Part shown: in pieces, positions 31,180 to 40,594 of the stretch
Layout of the letters: every line of letters starts with the position of its first letter
Numbering within the stretch: position 1 is the stretch's first letter
DNA from: an uncultured Gammaproteobacteria bacterium
GTDB lineage: Bacteria > Pseudomonadota > Gammaproteobacteria > Ga0077536
Reading direction: 5' to 3'
DNA length: 64,000 nt
NCBI GenBank assembly: GCA_938075585.1
Contig: CALJHG010000054.1
Coordinates: 49,834-113,833 of the forward strand
Notes under the pieces: generated by a model
What the model was told of the DNA's origin: nothing
The model's input: the letters and a program-made list of their open reading frames with translations, nothing else
Databases searched by the model: none
Position numbers and translations under genes: made by a program

Positions 31180-31731
31180 TTGATGCTAACAAAAAGAAGT
31201 TGGACAAAGCTAAATATTCTGTCTGCTCTTGGCATCAAGCCTTTAGTTCTCAGGAAAAACAGGCAAGTTCCTCTGCATGTTCTATCTTGTAATAATAAGA
31301 CTGCGGGTAATGTAAAAATTTGTGTGATTCAAATTAGGAATGAGAGTGATAGGGTTGTCCTTAAGAAGTTTTACAGTATCTTAGAAGATGCGATGAGGAC
31401 GATTAATTTTGAAATACAGTTAGAACAATTTGTGCTCTCTTCTCCTCGCGCGCTGGCCTCTAATGAAAGTTGCGGTAGTGAGTTGGTAGGCCTGATAAAA
31501 AGTATCCGACCAGGAGCAGTACTTATTTCTGACGACTCTATAGCCAGCCACTTGTTTATCGATAATCGGAAAAAATTTGATCTCGGTGAGATTTGTGTGC
31601 TGGATGACTTAGATATTCCGGTCGTCGAGTTTTGTGCGCCGAGTATTTTATTGAGAGATTTTAGAGAGAAACGACGTTTGTGGAAACAGCTAGTTCAACT
31701 TGAAGCGTTTTTGCTTGAGGCGCCGCGATGA
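31180..31731 (+). CDS. holD: DNA polymerase III psi subunit (HolD)-like protein, divergent
   Basis: 183 aa. The N-terminus KRSWTKLNILSALGIKPLVLRKN parallels E. coli psi RRDWQLQQLGITQWSLRRP. The C-terminal LLRDFREKRRLWKQL parallels LTDLRANPTARAALWQQI. It overlaps rimI by 4 bp, as in the holD-rimI operon. Confidence 0.45.
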   Translation: MMLTKRSWTKLNILSALGIKPLVLRKNRQVPLHVLSCNNKTAGNVKICVIQIRNESDRVVLKKFYSILEDAMRTINFEIQLEQFVLSSPRALASNESCGSELVGLIKSIRPGAVLISDDSIASHLFIDNRKKFDLGEICVLDDLDIPVVEFCAPSILLRDFREKRRLWKQLVQLEAFLLEAPR

Positions 31732-32201
31732 GTGCAGCGGCTGTGAGATTGAATTGCAGCGTACGTGAAATGCTTGTATCAGATCTTTTTGCGGTATCAG
31801 TCATTGAAGAGAGTTCTTACAGCTTCCCATGGTCGCGACGCATCTTGGCCGATTGTTTGCGATCCAATTATATTTGTCGTGTTATAGAGTACGAAAATAC
31901 CCTTTTAGGGTATGCGATTATGTCCTGTGCTGCTGGAGAAGCCCATATTTTAAATATTTGTGTAGATCCCGCGTTTAGATCAAAGGGTATAGGTACCGTG
32001 TTGGTATCCTATCTACTTAATAATGCGGAATTGGCCGGAGCACAGTCAATTTTCCTAGAAGTCAGACCATCTAATCTGAGTGCGTTGAAACTGTATGAAT
32101 CACTTGGCTTTAAGCAGGTGGCTACTCGAGAAAACTATTATCCTACGACGACTGGTCGTGAAGATGCGTTAGTTTTTAATAAAGTACTCGTCGTACAATA
32201 G
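31728..32201 (+). CDS. rimI: ribosomal protein alanine N-acetyltransferase RimI (GNAT)
   Basis: 157 aa with the GNAT motif (RSKGIGTVLV). Confidence 0.8.
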   Translation: MSAAAVRLNCSVREMLVSDLFAVSVIEESSYSFPWSRRILADCLRSNYICRVIEYENTLLGYAIMSCAAGEAHILNICVDPAFRSKGIGTVLVSYLLNNAELAGAQSIFLEVRPSNLSALKLYESLGFKQVATRENYYPTTTGREDALVFNKVLVVQ

Positions 32202-32271
32202 AATATTAGGGTTGTGCCATTGAGCTTAAGTAGCTAACCTTAGCCTGTAACTGGTATCTAAGGAGCTAATA

Positions 32272-32835
32272 ATGCTATCACCTCAATTTTCTAGAGTGGG
32301 TGCTCTAGGCACGTTAATTCTTGTTCTGTGCTTTTGTAGCAAAGTACATGCTCTTGATTCCTTTTTTTTGGAACTAGGCTCGATAGAGGGGGATGAGGAA
32401 GCTGAGAGATATGGCGGGGCTTTCCGCTACGCTCCTGAAAACAGATGGCTAGAGTCTAATAATTGGTATTTAAGTACTTATTTCGAGTTAGGGGTCTCCT
32501 ACTGGGATGGAGAGTTGGGTACTGAAGGCGAAGATAGTTTGGTAGATTTCGGTCTCACACCCGTATTGCGTTACCAGAGGTCAGTTAATTCCAGCGCCCT
32601 TGCGCCATTTTTTGAATTTGGCACAGGAGTTCATGCGCATACAGAGACTGGTATCGGCGACAAGGATATCGACATTCCATTTTCTTTCGGTACTCATTTG
32701 GGAATAGGTGTGCGCTTTGGTCAGACGGGGCGATACGAGTTATTATATCGATTTCAGCATTTATCTAACGCAGGTCTCGGAGATGAAAATCCCGGACTTA
32801 ATTTCCATACGATTCAGTTAGGTTATCACTTTTGA
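32272..32835 (+). CDS. PagL-like outer-membrane beta-barrel (candidate lipid A 3-O-deacylase / acyloxyacyl hydrolase)
   Basis: 187 aa with a signal peptide, an aromatic-rich small barrel and a C-terminal Phe. The HLSNAGL motif matches the PagL catalytic HYSNAGL (His-x-Ser). An upstream YWDG segment resembles PagL YWEG. Confidence 0.5.
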   Translation: MLSPQFSRVGALGTLILVLCFCSKVHALDSFFLELGSIEGDEEAERYGGAFRYAPENRWLESNNWYLSTYFELGVSYWDGELGTEGEDSLVDFGLTPVLRYQRSVNSSALAPFFEFGTGVHAHTETGIGDKDIDIPFSFGTHLGIGVRFGQTGRYELLYRFQHLSNAGLGDENPGLNFHTIQLGYHF

Positions 32836-32979
32836 TTTGGACATCTTGTCCTAGTCATATGAACGGAAAAATTTGGCATACTGAAGTGAATACAGACAAA
32901 GAGGTGATGAGGGTCTGTCAGCGTGACTAATAATTGTATTGATTAGCCTGCTGTTTGTTGAGATAGGTCGCGTTAGAGT

Positions 32980-34506
32980 ATGAGAGTCGGATTATATTTG
33001 ACAGGTGTCCTGCGGACTATGACTTGTAAAAATTCGCTAACTATACGTCATGTTTTTGCTTTAATTTTTCTTTTTGTTAGTGCAACGGGCTGTAATTATG
33101 ACGATTCCAGTAAGATACGAGTTGGTATTCCCACCGCTCCTAGCAGTCTCGATCCCCGATTTGGTTCGGACGCCGTCTCAGTAAGACTACAACAACTTTT
33201 GCACCGTTCACTAGTTAAGTTTGATGACGAAATGCGACCTGTGCCGGATCTGGCTGCATGGGAAGTGATATCACCAGTGCATTATCGTTTCCGTTTAACA
33301 CGAGAGCCGAAATTTAGTGATGGATCTAGGTTGCGGGCGCAAGATGTAGTTGCTACTTACCGCTCTTTATTAAAGACAGAGACCTTATCTCCTCATTTGG
33401 GAACGTTACAGAATATATTGTCACTAAGCGCGATTGATCTAAATACTGTAGATTTTCGCCTAAGGCAGGCCGACACTTTCTTTCCAACGACGCTCACAAT
33501 TGGGATATTAAGCGAGCAAGACATTAATAGGATGCTACCTGCCCAGTCACAAAAGTCTTCTGGTCACTTTGAGGTCGTTAGCGTTAGCAATGGGGTGACC
33601 TCAATGCGAAGGCGAAAGGACGGAGTCATTTTTGAGTTTTTAGCCGTACCCGACACGAATGCACGCGCGCTTCGATTAATAGCGGGAGAAATAGATATCT
33701 TACAAGGAGATATTTCTCCTGATATTTATGATTATTTACTAGAACAAAGAAACTTAACAGGCATGCGAGCGAGAGGTACCACTTTTTCATATCTAGGTTT
33801 TAATCTCTCTGAGGGGGTTTCAGCGGAGATCAAACTTCGTCGTGCCGTCGCGTTAGCCATTAATCGGGAGGAAATATTGAAGTTCTTATTTCACGATACC
33901 GCTAGATTGGCATCTGCGATATTTCCCCCGGAGCATTGGGCAGGCAGTAGTTCTCTGCCGAAGACTAAGTTTGATCCCCAGAGTGCACGAATTCTAGTGA
34001 GTCAATTAGAGGAGAAATATGGATCAATTTCGCTGAGTTATAAGACTTCGACTAATAAATTCCGTCAACGAATTGCTGCGGTGATACAGAGTCAATTAGC
34101 AGATGTAGGTATAGATTTAGAAATCGAAAGACTCGATTTTGCAACGTTAATGCTCGATATTACAAAAGGTGACTTTCAGACCTATAGTCTCTCTTGGGTT
34201 GGATTAAATTCTCCAGATATATTCCGTCAAATTTTTCACAGTGGAGCAATGCCCCCCGCCGGGAAAAATAGAGGACGATATCAAAGCACTATTGCGGACA
34301 GTTATATTGAGGCGGGCGAAAAAGCGTCTAGTGTATTGAGCCGCCAAAGTATTTATGAAAATCTTGAGTTACACCTTTTAAAAGAGCTTCCTTATTTCCC
34401 CTTATGGTTTGAGGATCAGCTGGCTATATGGAGTAATAGTATTACCGGTTACAAGGTAGATAGCACTGGAAGTTATTATGGCTTATTAGAGGTCGAAAAA
34501 ATATGA
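32980..34506 (+). CDS. ABC transporter substrate-binding lipoprotein, family 5 (peptide/nickel/opine type; DppA/OppA/MppA-like)
   Basis: 508 aa. The lipobox VSATGC follows an N-terminal hydrophobic segment. An alternative start ATG lies at 33019. The SBP_bac_5 architecture is present. Confidence 0.8.
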   Translation: MRVGLYLTGVLRTMTCKNSLTIRHVFALIFLFVSATGCNYDDSSKIRVGIPTAPSSLDPRFGSDAVSVRLQQLLHRSLVKFDDEMRPVPDLAAWEVISPVHYRFRLTREPKFSDGSRLRAQDVVATYRSLLKTETLSPHLGTLQNILSLSAIDLNTVDFRLRQADTFFPTTLTIGILSEQDINRMLPAQSQKSSGHFEVVSVSNGVTSMRRRKDGVIFEFLAVPDTNARALRLIAGEIDILQGDISPDIYDYLLEQRNLTGMRARGTTFSYLGFNLSEGVSAEIKLRRAVALAINREEILKFLFHDTARLASAIFPPEHWAGSSSLPKTKFDPQSARILVSQLEEKYGSISLSYKTSTNKFRQRIAAVIQSQLADVGIDLEIERLDFATLMLDITKGDFQTYSLSWVGLNSPDIFRQIFHSGAMPPAGKNRGRYQSTIADSYIEAGEKASSVLSRQSIYENLELHLLKELPYFPLWFEDQLAIWSNSITGYKVDSTGSYYGLLEVEKI

Positions 34507-34988
34507 GTGATAAAATATTTGTCGAGATTGATATTGCTAGGCAGTCTTTAGACTTATTCATGGGTCACACGCGTCGGTCGTATCTGGTGTCGACCGCTAT
34601 AAATGGACCTGGTGAATTTCTGGGAAGTGAATGCACTCCAAGGGGGAGGCATGCTGTTGCGGAAATGATAGGAAATGGTTTAGCCCTAAATACTGTACTT
34701 GTCGGCAGAAAAGTAACGGGCGAAATCTATGATAATGGTCTAGCGAAAAAATACCCCGAACGAGATTGGATATTAACTCGCGTGATTTGGCTGAAGGGGT
34801 TGGAGGCGGGTAAGAATCTAGGGGGCGACTGTGATACACAGAGCCGCCATATTTACATTCACGGAACGCCAGACGAGTCTGGCCTAGGCAGGGTGGGTTC
34901 GCACGGTTGTATTAGAATGGCAAGTCGAGACATTGTAGAACTTTATGACTCTATTTCACTAAACACACTCATTACTATTTTGACGTAA
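34503..34988 (+). CDS. YkuD-domain (L,D-transpeptidase catalytic fold) protein without a signal peptide
   Basis: 161 aa with the catalytic motif HIYIHGTPDESGLGRVGSHGCIRM (His...Cys). There is no N-terminal hydrophobic segment. It has a 4-bp overlap with the SBP gene. Confidence 0.75.
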   Translation: MSDKIFVEIDIARQSLDLFMGHTRRSYLVSTAINGPGEFLGSECTPRGRHAVAEMIGNGLALNTVLVGRKVTGEIYDNGLAKKYPERDWILTRVIWLKGLEAGKNLGGDCDTQSRHIYIHGTPDESGLGRVGSHGCIRMASRDIVELYDSISLNTLITILT

Positions 34989-35033
34989 ATATACGGTTAT
35001 TTAACGCAATCTTGGGAACGAAGTAATTAGGCA

Positions 35034-35966
35034 ATGAAAAACAAAATAATTTTTTTAGTCCGCCTATTCTTAACGACTATTTTAGTTCTCCTGTCCGTAG
35101 TAACGGCCGTCTTTTTTTTAATACATTTAGTTCCGGGCGACCCTGTCCTGACAATATTAGGTGAAAATGCGGGATTAAAAGAGATTGATGGACTGAGGCA
35201 AGAACTCGGCTTACATTTGCCGATTTATGAGCAATGGTCTAATTATGTGGCAAACGTCTTCAGTTTTGATTTTGGAGAGTCGTTTTATTATCACCTACCA
35301 GTCGCACCTATCATTTTTGAGAGATTTTTGTCGACCTTGTTACTAGCTGCCACGTCGTTTTTGGTAGCAATGTCAGTCGGGATTCCTCTCGGTATAGTCG
35401 CGGCACTGAGGTATCGTCAGAGCTGGGATGGATTCGCGACTTTACTTGCGTTATTAGGTGTGTCGGTCCCTAATTTTGTACTGGGTCCGTTATTAATTTT
35501 ATGCTTTTCGGTCCAATTCCAATTACTGCCGATTGGCAGCAAAGAAGGGCTTATGTCGTTAGTGTTACCCTCTCTTACCCTAGGCTTATCTTTCGCCGCA
35601 ATTTTAACAAGAATGAGTAGAGCCTCTGTCCTCGATGTGTTGAACGAGGCATTTATAACAACAGCGAGAGCAAAAGGGATTTCTGAATTTCGCGTAGTTT
35701 TTCACCATATTTTACGGAATGCGGTCTTACCAATTCTAACGACTCTAGGGCTTCAAATCGGCGTGCTTTTAGGTGGGGCAGTAATTACGGAAGCAATTTT
35801 TAGTTGGCCGGGTTTGGGTTCACTTCTAGTAGATTCTATTGATCGGCGAGACTATCAAATGTTACAGGCTTGCGTTTTAGTAGTTAGTTTTACTTATGTT
35901 GGCATTAATACCCTTACCGACGCACTTTATTGCTTTCTCGACCCTCGGATAAGAAAATCTGCATGA
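35034..35966 (+). CDS. ABC transporter permease, DppB/OppB-type
   Basis: 310 aa with an EAA-loop permease domain. Confidence 0.85.
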   Translation: MKNKIIFLVRLFLTTILVLLSVVTAVFFLIHLVPGDPVLTILGENAGLKEIDGLRQELGLHLPIYEQWSNYVANVFSFDFGESFYYHLPVAPIIFERFLSTLLLAATSFLVAMSVGIPLGIVAALRYRQSWDGFATLLALLGVSVPNFVLGPLLILCFSVQFQLLPIGSKEGLMSLVLPSLTLGLSFAAILTRMSRASVLDVLNEAFITTARAKGISEFRVVFHHILRNAVLPILTTLGLQIGVLLGGAVITEAIFSWPGLGSLLVDSIDRRDYQMLQACVLVVSFTYVGINTLTDALYCFLDPRIRKSA

Positions 35967-36760
35967 ATATATCATCACTAATTATTGTCGCGTTTAGCGC
36001 ATTATGGATTGTGTTGTTGATTATTTTCCCAACCGATCTGGAGAGAATCATTTTGATAAATTTAGGAAATATTTTAGAGAGACCCAGTCACGAGTATATG
36101 CTCGGGACAGATGATCTGGGTCGCGACATCTTTGCAAGACTGATTTCGGGGGTTAGATTATCTCTGTTTGTAGCATTTGTGGTAGTCGCTTTCACAAGTA
36201 TTTTTGGCACGATGTATGGGATTTTTGCCGCATGGTTTGGGGGAGGAGCAGAGATACTTCTCGTAAAAATTATTGACATATTTTTGGCATTTCCCGGAAT
36301 TCTTCTTGCTATAGCGCTTACGGGTATTCTAGGCGGTGGTGTGCAAAATATAATAATTGCCCTATGTTCCGTAGGCTGGGTAGGGTTCGCTAGATTGGCT
36401 CGCGCGCAAACCCTCAAAGTAAAGAGTTTAGATCATTTGATGGCAGCAAAGGCGTTAGGCACGAGGATCCCGAAAGTTATTTCGAAGCACGTACTGCCAC
36501 TATTAGCGGGTCCGTTGATTGTAGAGGTTACGTTCTCTTTTGCTGCAGTTATTCTGTCTGAAGCAGGGCTGTCATTTTTAGGTTTAGGGATTATTGAGCC
36601 AATGCCGTCGCTCGGAGGCATGATAAGAGACGGGGCACTTTATTTACTTATAGCGCCCCATTATATTATTGTTACTGGTTTAGCGCTCATGAGTTTAGTT
36701 ATTACTCTTAACTTGTTAGGCGACAAGTTGCGTGATTATTGGGACTCGAAATCTGTTTAG
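35963..36760 (+). CDS. ABC transporter permease, DppC/OppC-type
   Basis: I placed the start at the ATG at 35963, forming an ATGA overlap with the upstream stop. The tracked ORF starts at 35930. It has a permease domain, and no ATPase gene follows. Confidence 0.85.
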   Translation: MNISSLIIVAFSALWIVLLIIFPTDLERIILINLGNILERPSHEYMLGTDDLGRDIFARLISGVRLSLFVAFVVVAFTSIFGTMYGIFAAWFGGGAEILLVKIIDIFLAFPGILLAIALTGILGGGVQNIIIALCSVGWVGFARLARAQTLKVKSLDHLMAAKALGTRIPKVISKHVLPLLAGPLIVEVTFSFAAVILSEAGLSFLGLGIIEPMPSLGGMIRDGALYLLIAPHYIIVTGLALMSLVITLNLLGDKLRDYWDSKSV

Positions 36761-36825
36761 TGTTTTTTTAGTAGATAATTTCAGCTACTCGGCGATAAGG
36801 ATTAGTAGACTTGCAGCTAGGACCT

Positions 36826-37851
36826 ATGATTGTTGATATAGACTCCGTCCGGCTGACAGAGGAGGAGTCTGATTATTTGAAACATCCATTTGTGGGTGGT
36901 GTCATTTTATTTTCGAAAAACTACTCATGTATTGACGAGTTAGTCACTCTAATCAAGCAAATTAAAAGTCTCCGTCAGCCAAGTCTTTTGGTTTTTGTTG
37001 ATCAAGAAGGTGGCCGAGTACAGCGCTTTAGGCATGGTTTTACTGAACTGCCGGCCTTGGGATCGCTTGGTTCTTACTATGAAGGAAGCCCCCTCAAAGC
37101 TGCACGCATTGTTAGAGAATGTGGATGGATAATGGCGACAGAGATGAAGGCTATCGGCGTGGACGTCAGCTTTGCGCCGGTCCTAGATACATTTAATGAC
37201 GAAAGTGAAATAATCGGAGATAGATCGTTTCATGCGAATCCTGATGTAATCTGTGCCCTAGCTAGAATATATGTGTCCGCTATGCATGCTTGTGGGATGC
37301 ATTCAGTAGGTAAGCATTTTCCAGGGCACGGCGGTGTTATGGGCGACTCCCATATTGATTTGCCAGTCGATAATAGGACGTTGGACGAAATAGATCAGGC
37401 GGATCTAATACCATTTAAGTTTATGGCCTCAGTAGGAATTTCTGGCTTTATGGCTGCCCACATTATATTCCCGCTTATTGACCATACTTCTGTGGCAGGG
37501 TTTTCTAATTATTGGCTTCAAAAAATTCTTAGAGAGAAAGTAGGTTTTAATGGTGTGATATTTAGTGACGATCTCAGTATGGAGGGTGCGGCTGTTTCTA
37601 ACTCATACTTCACTCGTGCGGATCTCGCGTTGTCCGCAGGGTGCGACGCTTTGATCGTTTGTAATAATAAGGATGGTATTTTTGAAATACTTGATAACTA
37701 CTTAAAGTTACAGACTCTTAGTTGTATGAAGTCGCTCGAAGCGATTCGCGGGCCGAGTTGTGAAATATCTCAAGATATTTTGCGTTCAACTTCGCAATGG
37801 AAAAGCGCCGCAGGCCGCATAGCCGACTTTATCTCCAAGAGCGCCAGTTGA
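36826..37851 (+). CDS. nagZ: beta-N-acetylhexosaminidase NagZ (peptidoglycan recycling)
   Basis: GH3 N-terminal domain. MIVDIDSVRLTEEESDYLKHPFVGGVILF parallels E. coli NagZ [29 protein letters not shown]. The ATG at 36826 has an AGGA SD, and a longer TTG ORF runs from 36811. Confidence 0.85.
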   Translation: MIVDIDSVRLTEEESDYLKHPFVGGVILFSKNYSCIDELVTLIKQIKSLRQPSLLVFVDQEGGRVQRFRHGFTELPALGSLGSYYEGSPLKAARIVRECGWIMATEMKAIGVDVSFAPVLDTFNDESEIIGDRSFHANPDVICALARIYVSAMHACGMHSVGKHFPGHGGVMGDSHIDLPVDNRTLDEIDQADLIPFKFMASVGISGFMAAHIIFPLIDHTSVAGFSNYWLQKILREKVGFNGVIFSDDLSMEGAAVSNSYFTRADLALSAGCDALIVCNNKDGIFEILDNYLKLQTLSCMKSLEAIRGPSCEISQDILRSTSQWKSAAGRIADFISKSAS

Positions 37852-37960
37852 AGGACATTTAGTTTCTTTGAACATGCTTTAATATGTAGTTAGATGTTAC
37901 TATCCTTGATTAACACGGCTCCTGTTATGGAATCAGGGTCAAAAATGGGATTTTATTGTT

Positions 37961-39052
37961 ATGTCCAATCTTTCTCTGAGCACGATATACAGTTTTCTAA
38001 ATACTGAATCTTGGATTCTCCAGCTGACAGTGATCCTGATGTTGACAGTCATTGCAGATTTTGCCCAGAGTCGAATTTTGCACAAAATTAATGCGCAGTT
38101 AGCGAATACTGAAAATTACTGGGACGATGCCCTTGGGGAAGCAATGAGGGCGCCCGTTAGGGCAGTTATTTGGCTTTTAGGTGTCTCTTTTGGACTTACC
38201 GTTTTTCGATCTGAAGAATTAGAGACAGTTTTTGGGGTTGTTGATTCAGTAAGAGATGTCGGCGTTATTATTATATTTTCGTGGTTTATGGTTCGCTTTA
38301 TTAAGAAAGCTGAGGAGTCGTATGTTGTCTCTTGCGAAACCGGTGGCAAGGAGGTTGATAGGACAACCGTTGATGCTGTCGCGAAACTCCTTCGATTATC
38401 GGTCTTTATCGTCAGTACGTTAGTAGCGCTGCAGACACTAGGGTTCAGCATATCTGGGGTTCTGGCTTTTGGGGGTGTCGGTGGTATAGCTGTTGGATTC
38501 GCAGCGAAAGATCTTTTGGCAAACTTTTTTGGTGGCCTCATGGTTTACTTAGATCGACCATTTAGCGTTGGGGACTGGATACGATCTCCAGATAGGGAGA
38601 TCGAGGGTACAGTGGAATTAATAGGTTGGCGCTTGACGCTTATAAGAACGTTTGACAAAAGGCCCTTATACATTCCGAATTCCTTATTTAATCAAATAGT
38701 CGTTGAAAATCCATCGCGTATGACCAACAGACGAATTTTTGAAACGATAGGAATACGATACGAGGATGCATCGCTAATGGAACCTATTTCATCTGAGGTA
38801 AAAACGATGCTGTTAGAACATCCTGATATTGACACTGGTAAAACATTAATTGTTAACTTTAATAGCTTTGGAAGCTCATCTTTAGACTTTTTTGTTTATA
38901 CTTTCACAAAAACAACTGACTGGGTTTTATTTCACGAGATTAAGCAAGATGTCATGGTAAAGATCCTGAAAATTATCGAGATGCAGGGAGCTGAATGTGC
39001 ATACCCTACTTCGACTATTCATTTAGCCAAGGAGTTCCCTGCCTCCGTTTAA
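37961..39052 (+). CDS. small-conductance mechanosensitive channel (MscS family)
   Basis: 363 aa with N-terminal TM helices followed by the MscS beta-domain. Confidence 0.8.
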   Translation: MSNLSLSTIYSFLNTESWILQLTVILMLTVIADFAQSRILHKINAQLANTENYWDDALGEAMRAPVRAVIWLLGVSFGLTVFRSEELETVFGVVDSVRDVGVIIIFSWFMVRFIKKAEESYVVSCETGGKEVDRTTVDAVAKLLRLSVFIVSTLVALQTLGFSISGVLAFGGVGGIAVGFAAKDLLANFFGGLMVYLDRPFSVGDWIRSPDREIEGTVELIGWRLTLIRTFDKRPLYIPNSLFNQIVVENPSRMTNRRIFETIGIRYEDASLMEPISSEVKTMLLEHPDIDTGKTLIVNFNSFGSSSLDFFVYTFTKTTDWVLFHEIKQDVMVKILKIIEMQGAECAYPTSTIHLAKEFPASV

Positions 39053-39062
39053 GGAAAGTAGT

Positions 39063-39896
39063 ATGCGGATACCTTTCACAAAGATGCATGGATTAGGTAA
39101 TGATTTTATCTTGATTGATTGTCGAGACGAATCATATTGCACTGACAAATTTGATATGGGTCTTATGGCTGACAGAAGGCTCGGGATTGGTTGCGATCAA
39201 ATATTAATTTTAGGGCAACCCAAAAGCCGAGAAGCGAGCGCAAGCTATAAAATTTTTAACAGTGACGGCTCCCGTGCCGAACAGTGCGGCAATGGTTTGC
39301 GCTGTGTCGTTCAGTATTTGAAACGGCAAGGAGAGATCGAGACCAGTGCTGTCGTTGAGGTTGATAATGAATTGATTGATGCGACTGTTAGTGAAAATAG
39401 TCTGGTCACTGTGAAGATGCTGCCGCCAGACTTTTCCCTAACAGGCATCTCACTTGAGGTAGCTCGACAGGATAAGCACTATAATCAGGAAATAGGCGGG
39501 AAACAGCTTACGTTTGGCGCAGTCTCAATGGGAAATCCTCATGCGGTTATTAAAATAGACTCGATAAACGAAGTCAGTATCTCAGAGCTCGGTGCTGGTA
39601 TGCAGGCATCTGGTATTTTTTCTAACGGAGTTAATGTTGGTTTTATGGAAGTTGTTTCTGATACTTGTATACATCTGAGAGTTTACGAGAGGGGAGTGGG
39701 GGAGACTCCAGCCTGTGGAACGGGTGCTTGTGCAGCGGCGGTGGTAGGTATTCTTTGGGGTGATTTGGCGCCCGGAAAAATTGATGTGATACTGCCGGGT
39801 GGTCATTTAGATATCGAATGGAACGGTGATATAGCTAGCGAGATTTACATGACCGGTCCGGCTCAATTTGTCTTTGAAGGCGTTATAGCGCTATGA
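39063..39896 (+). CDS. dapF: diaminopimelate epimerase
   Basis: 277 aa. Both catalytic Cys regions are present (GNGLRC, ACGTGACA). Confidence 0.9.
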   Translation: MRIPFTKMHGLGNDFILIDCRDESYCTDKFDMGLMADRRLGIGCDQILILGQPKSREASASYKIFNSDGSRAEQCGNGLRCVVQYLKRQGEIETSAVVEVDNELIDATVSENSLVTVKMLPPDFSLTGISLEVARQDKHYNQEIGGKQLTFGAVSMGNPHAVIKIDSINEVSISELGAGMQASGIFSNGVNVGFMEVVSDTCIHLRVYERGVGETPACGTGACAAAVVGILWGDLAPGKIDVILPGGHLDIEWNGDIASEIYMTGPAQFVFEGVIAL

Positions 39897-40594
39897 AAAT
39901 CAAGGATCGTCAATCGCGGCAAGATATCAGTGAAGAGAGTGTTTTGGAATATCTTAGTACTACACCGCTATTTTTCGAGCGTAATCTAGAAGTTTTAGAA
40001 GCAATACTCATTCCCCAAAAAAACGGATCGGTAGTCTCGTTAGCTGAACGTCAGGTTTCGGCGCTGCGTAAAAAGTATACTACCTTAGAAAACCAACTAG
40101 TTAGTTTGATTGAGCGAGCTGAAGTGAATCAAAGACTTAGCGAAAAGGTTCGAGCTATAATATTAAGTCTGCTAAAAACTACGAATGTTCACGACTGTTT
40201 GGTGGCATTCGAGCGATTTGTTATTGATGAATTTTCTGCCGCTGAGGCGGGTGCATTTGTGTTTATGGACGGTGCAACTATGGACTTTTTTGAGCGTGTA
40301 AAGATAGACGATTTGACGACCTTAGGTCTATTGGGTAAAGGTAGGCGGCCGGCTCTGGGACCTATTAGTGGCGAGCAACGACAGATTTTGTTTGGCTCTC
40401 GGCAAGACGAGAATTCTGCGGTTATTTTGCCTATGATTGGTTCTAGTTGGCACGGTTCAGTCGTAATAGTCTCTAATGATCCATCCCGGTACGAAGCCGG
40501 TATGGCAAGTGATTTTTTGGAATATCTGGGGCAAGTCTTAGTTTTAATTATTAATCGGATGCTTGATGCTAGCATCTCGGAATTAAATGACTGA
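39893..40594 (+). CDS. DUF484 family protein (YigA-like)
   Basis: 233 aa. It is in the conserved position between dapF and xerC and overlaps both neighbours. Confidence 0.65.
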   Translation: MKIKDRQSRQDISEESVLEYLSTTPLFFERNLEVLEAILIPQKNGSVVSLAERQVSALRKKYTTLENQLVSLIERAEVNQRLSEKVRAIILSLLKTTNVHDCLVAFERFVIDEFSAAEAGAFVFMDGATMDFFERVKIDDLTTLGLLGKGRRPALGPISGEQRQILFGSRQDENSAVILPMIGSSWHGSVVIVSNDPSRYEAGMASDFLEYLGQVLVLIINRMLDASISELND

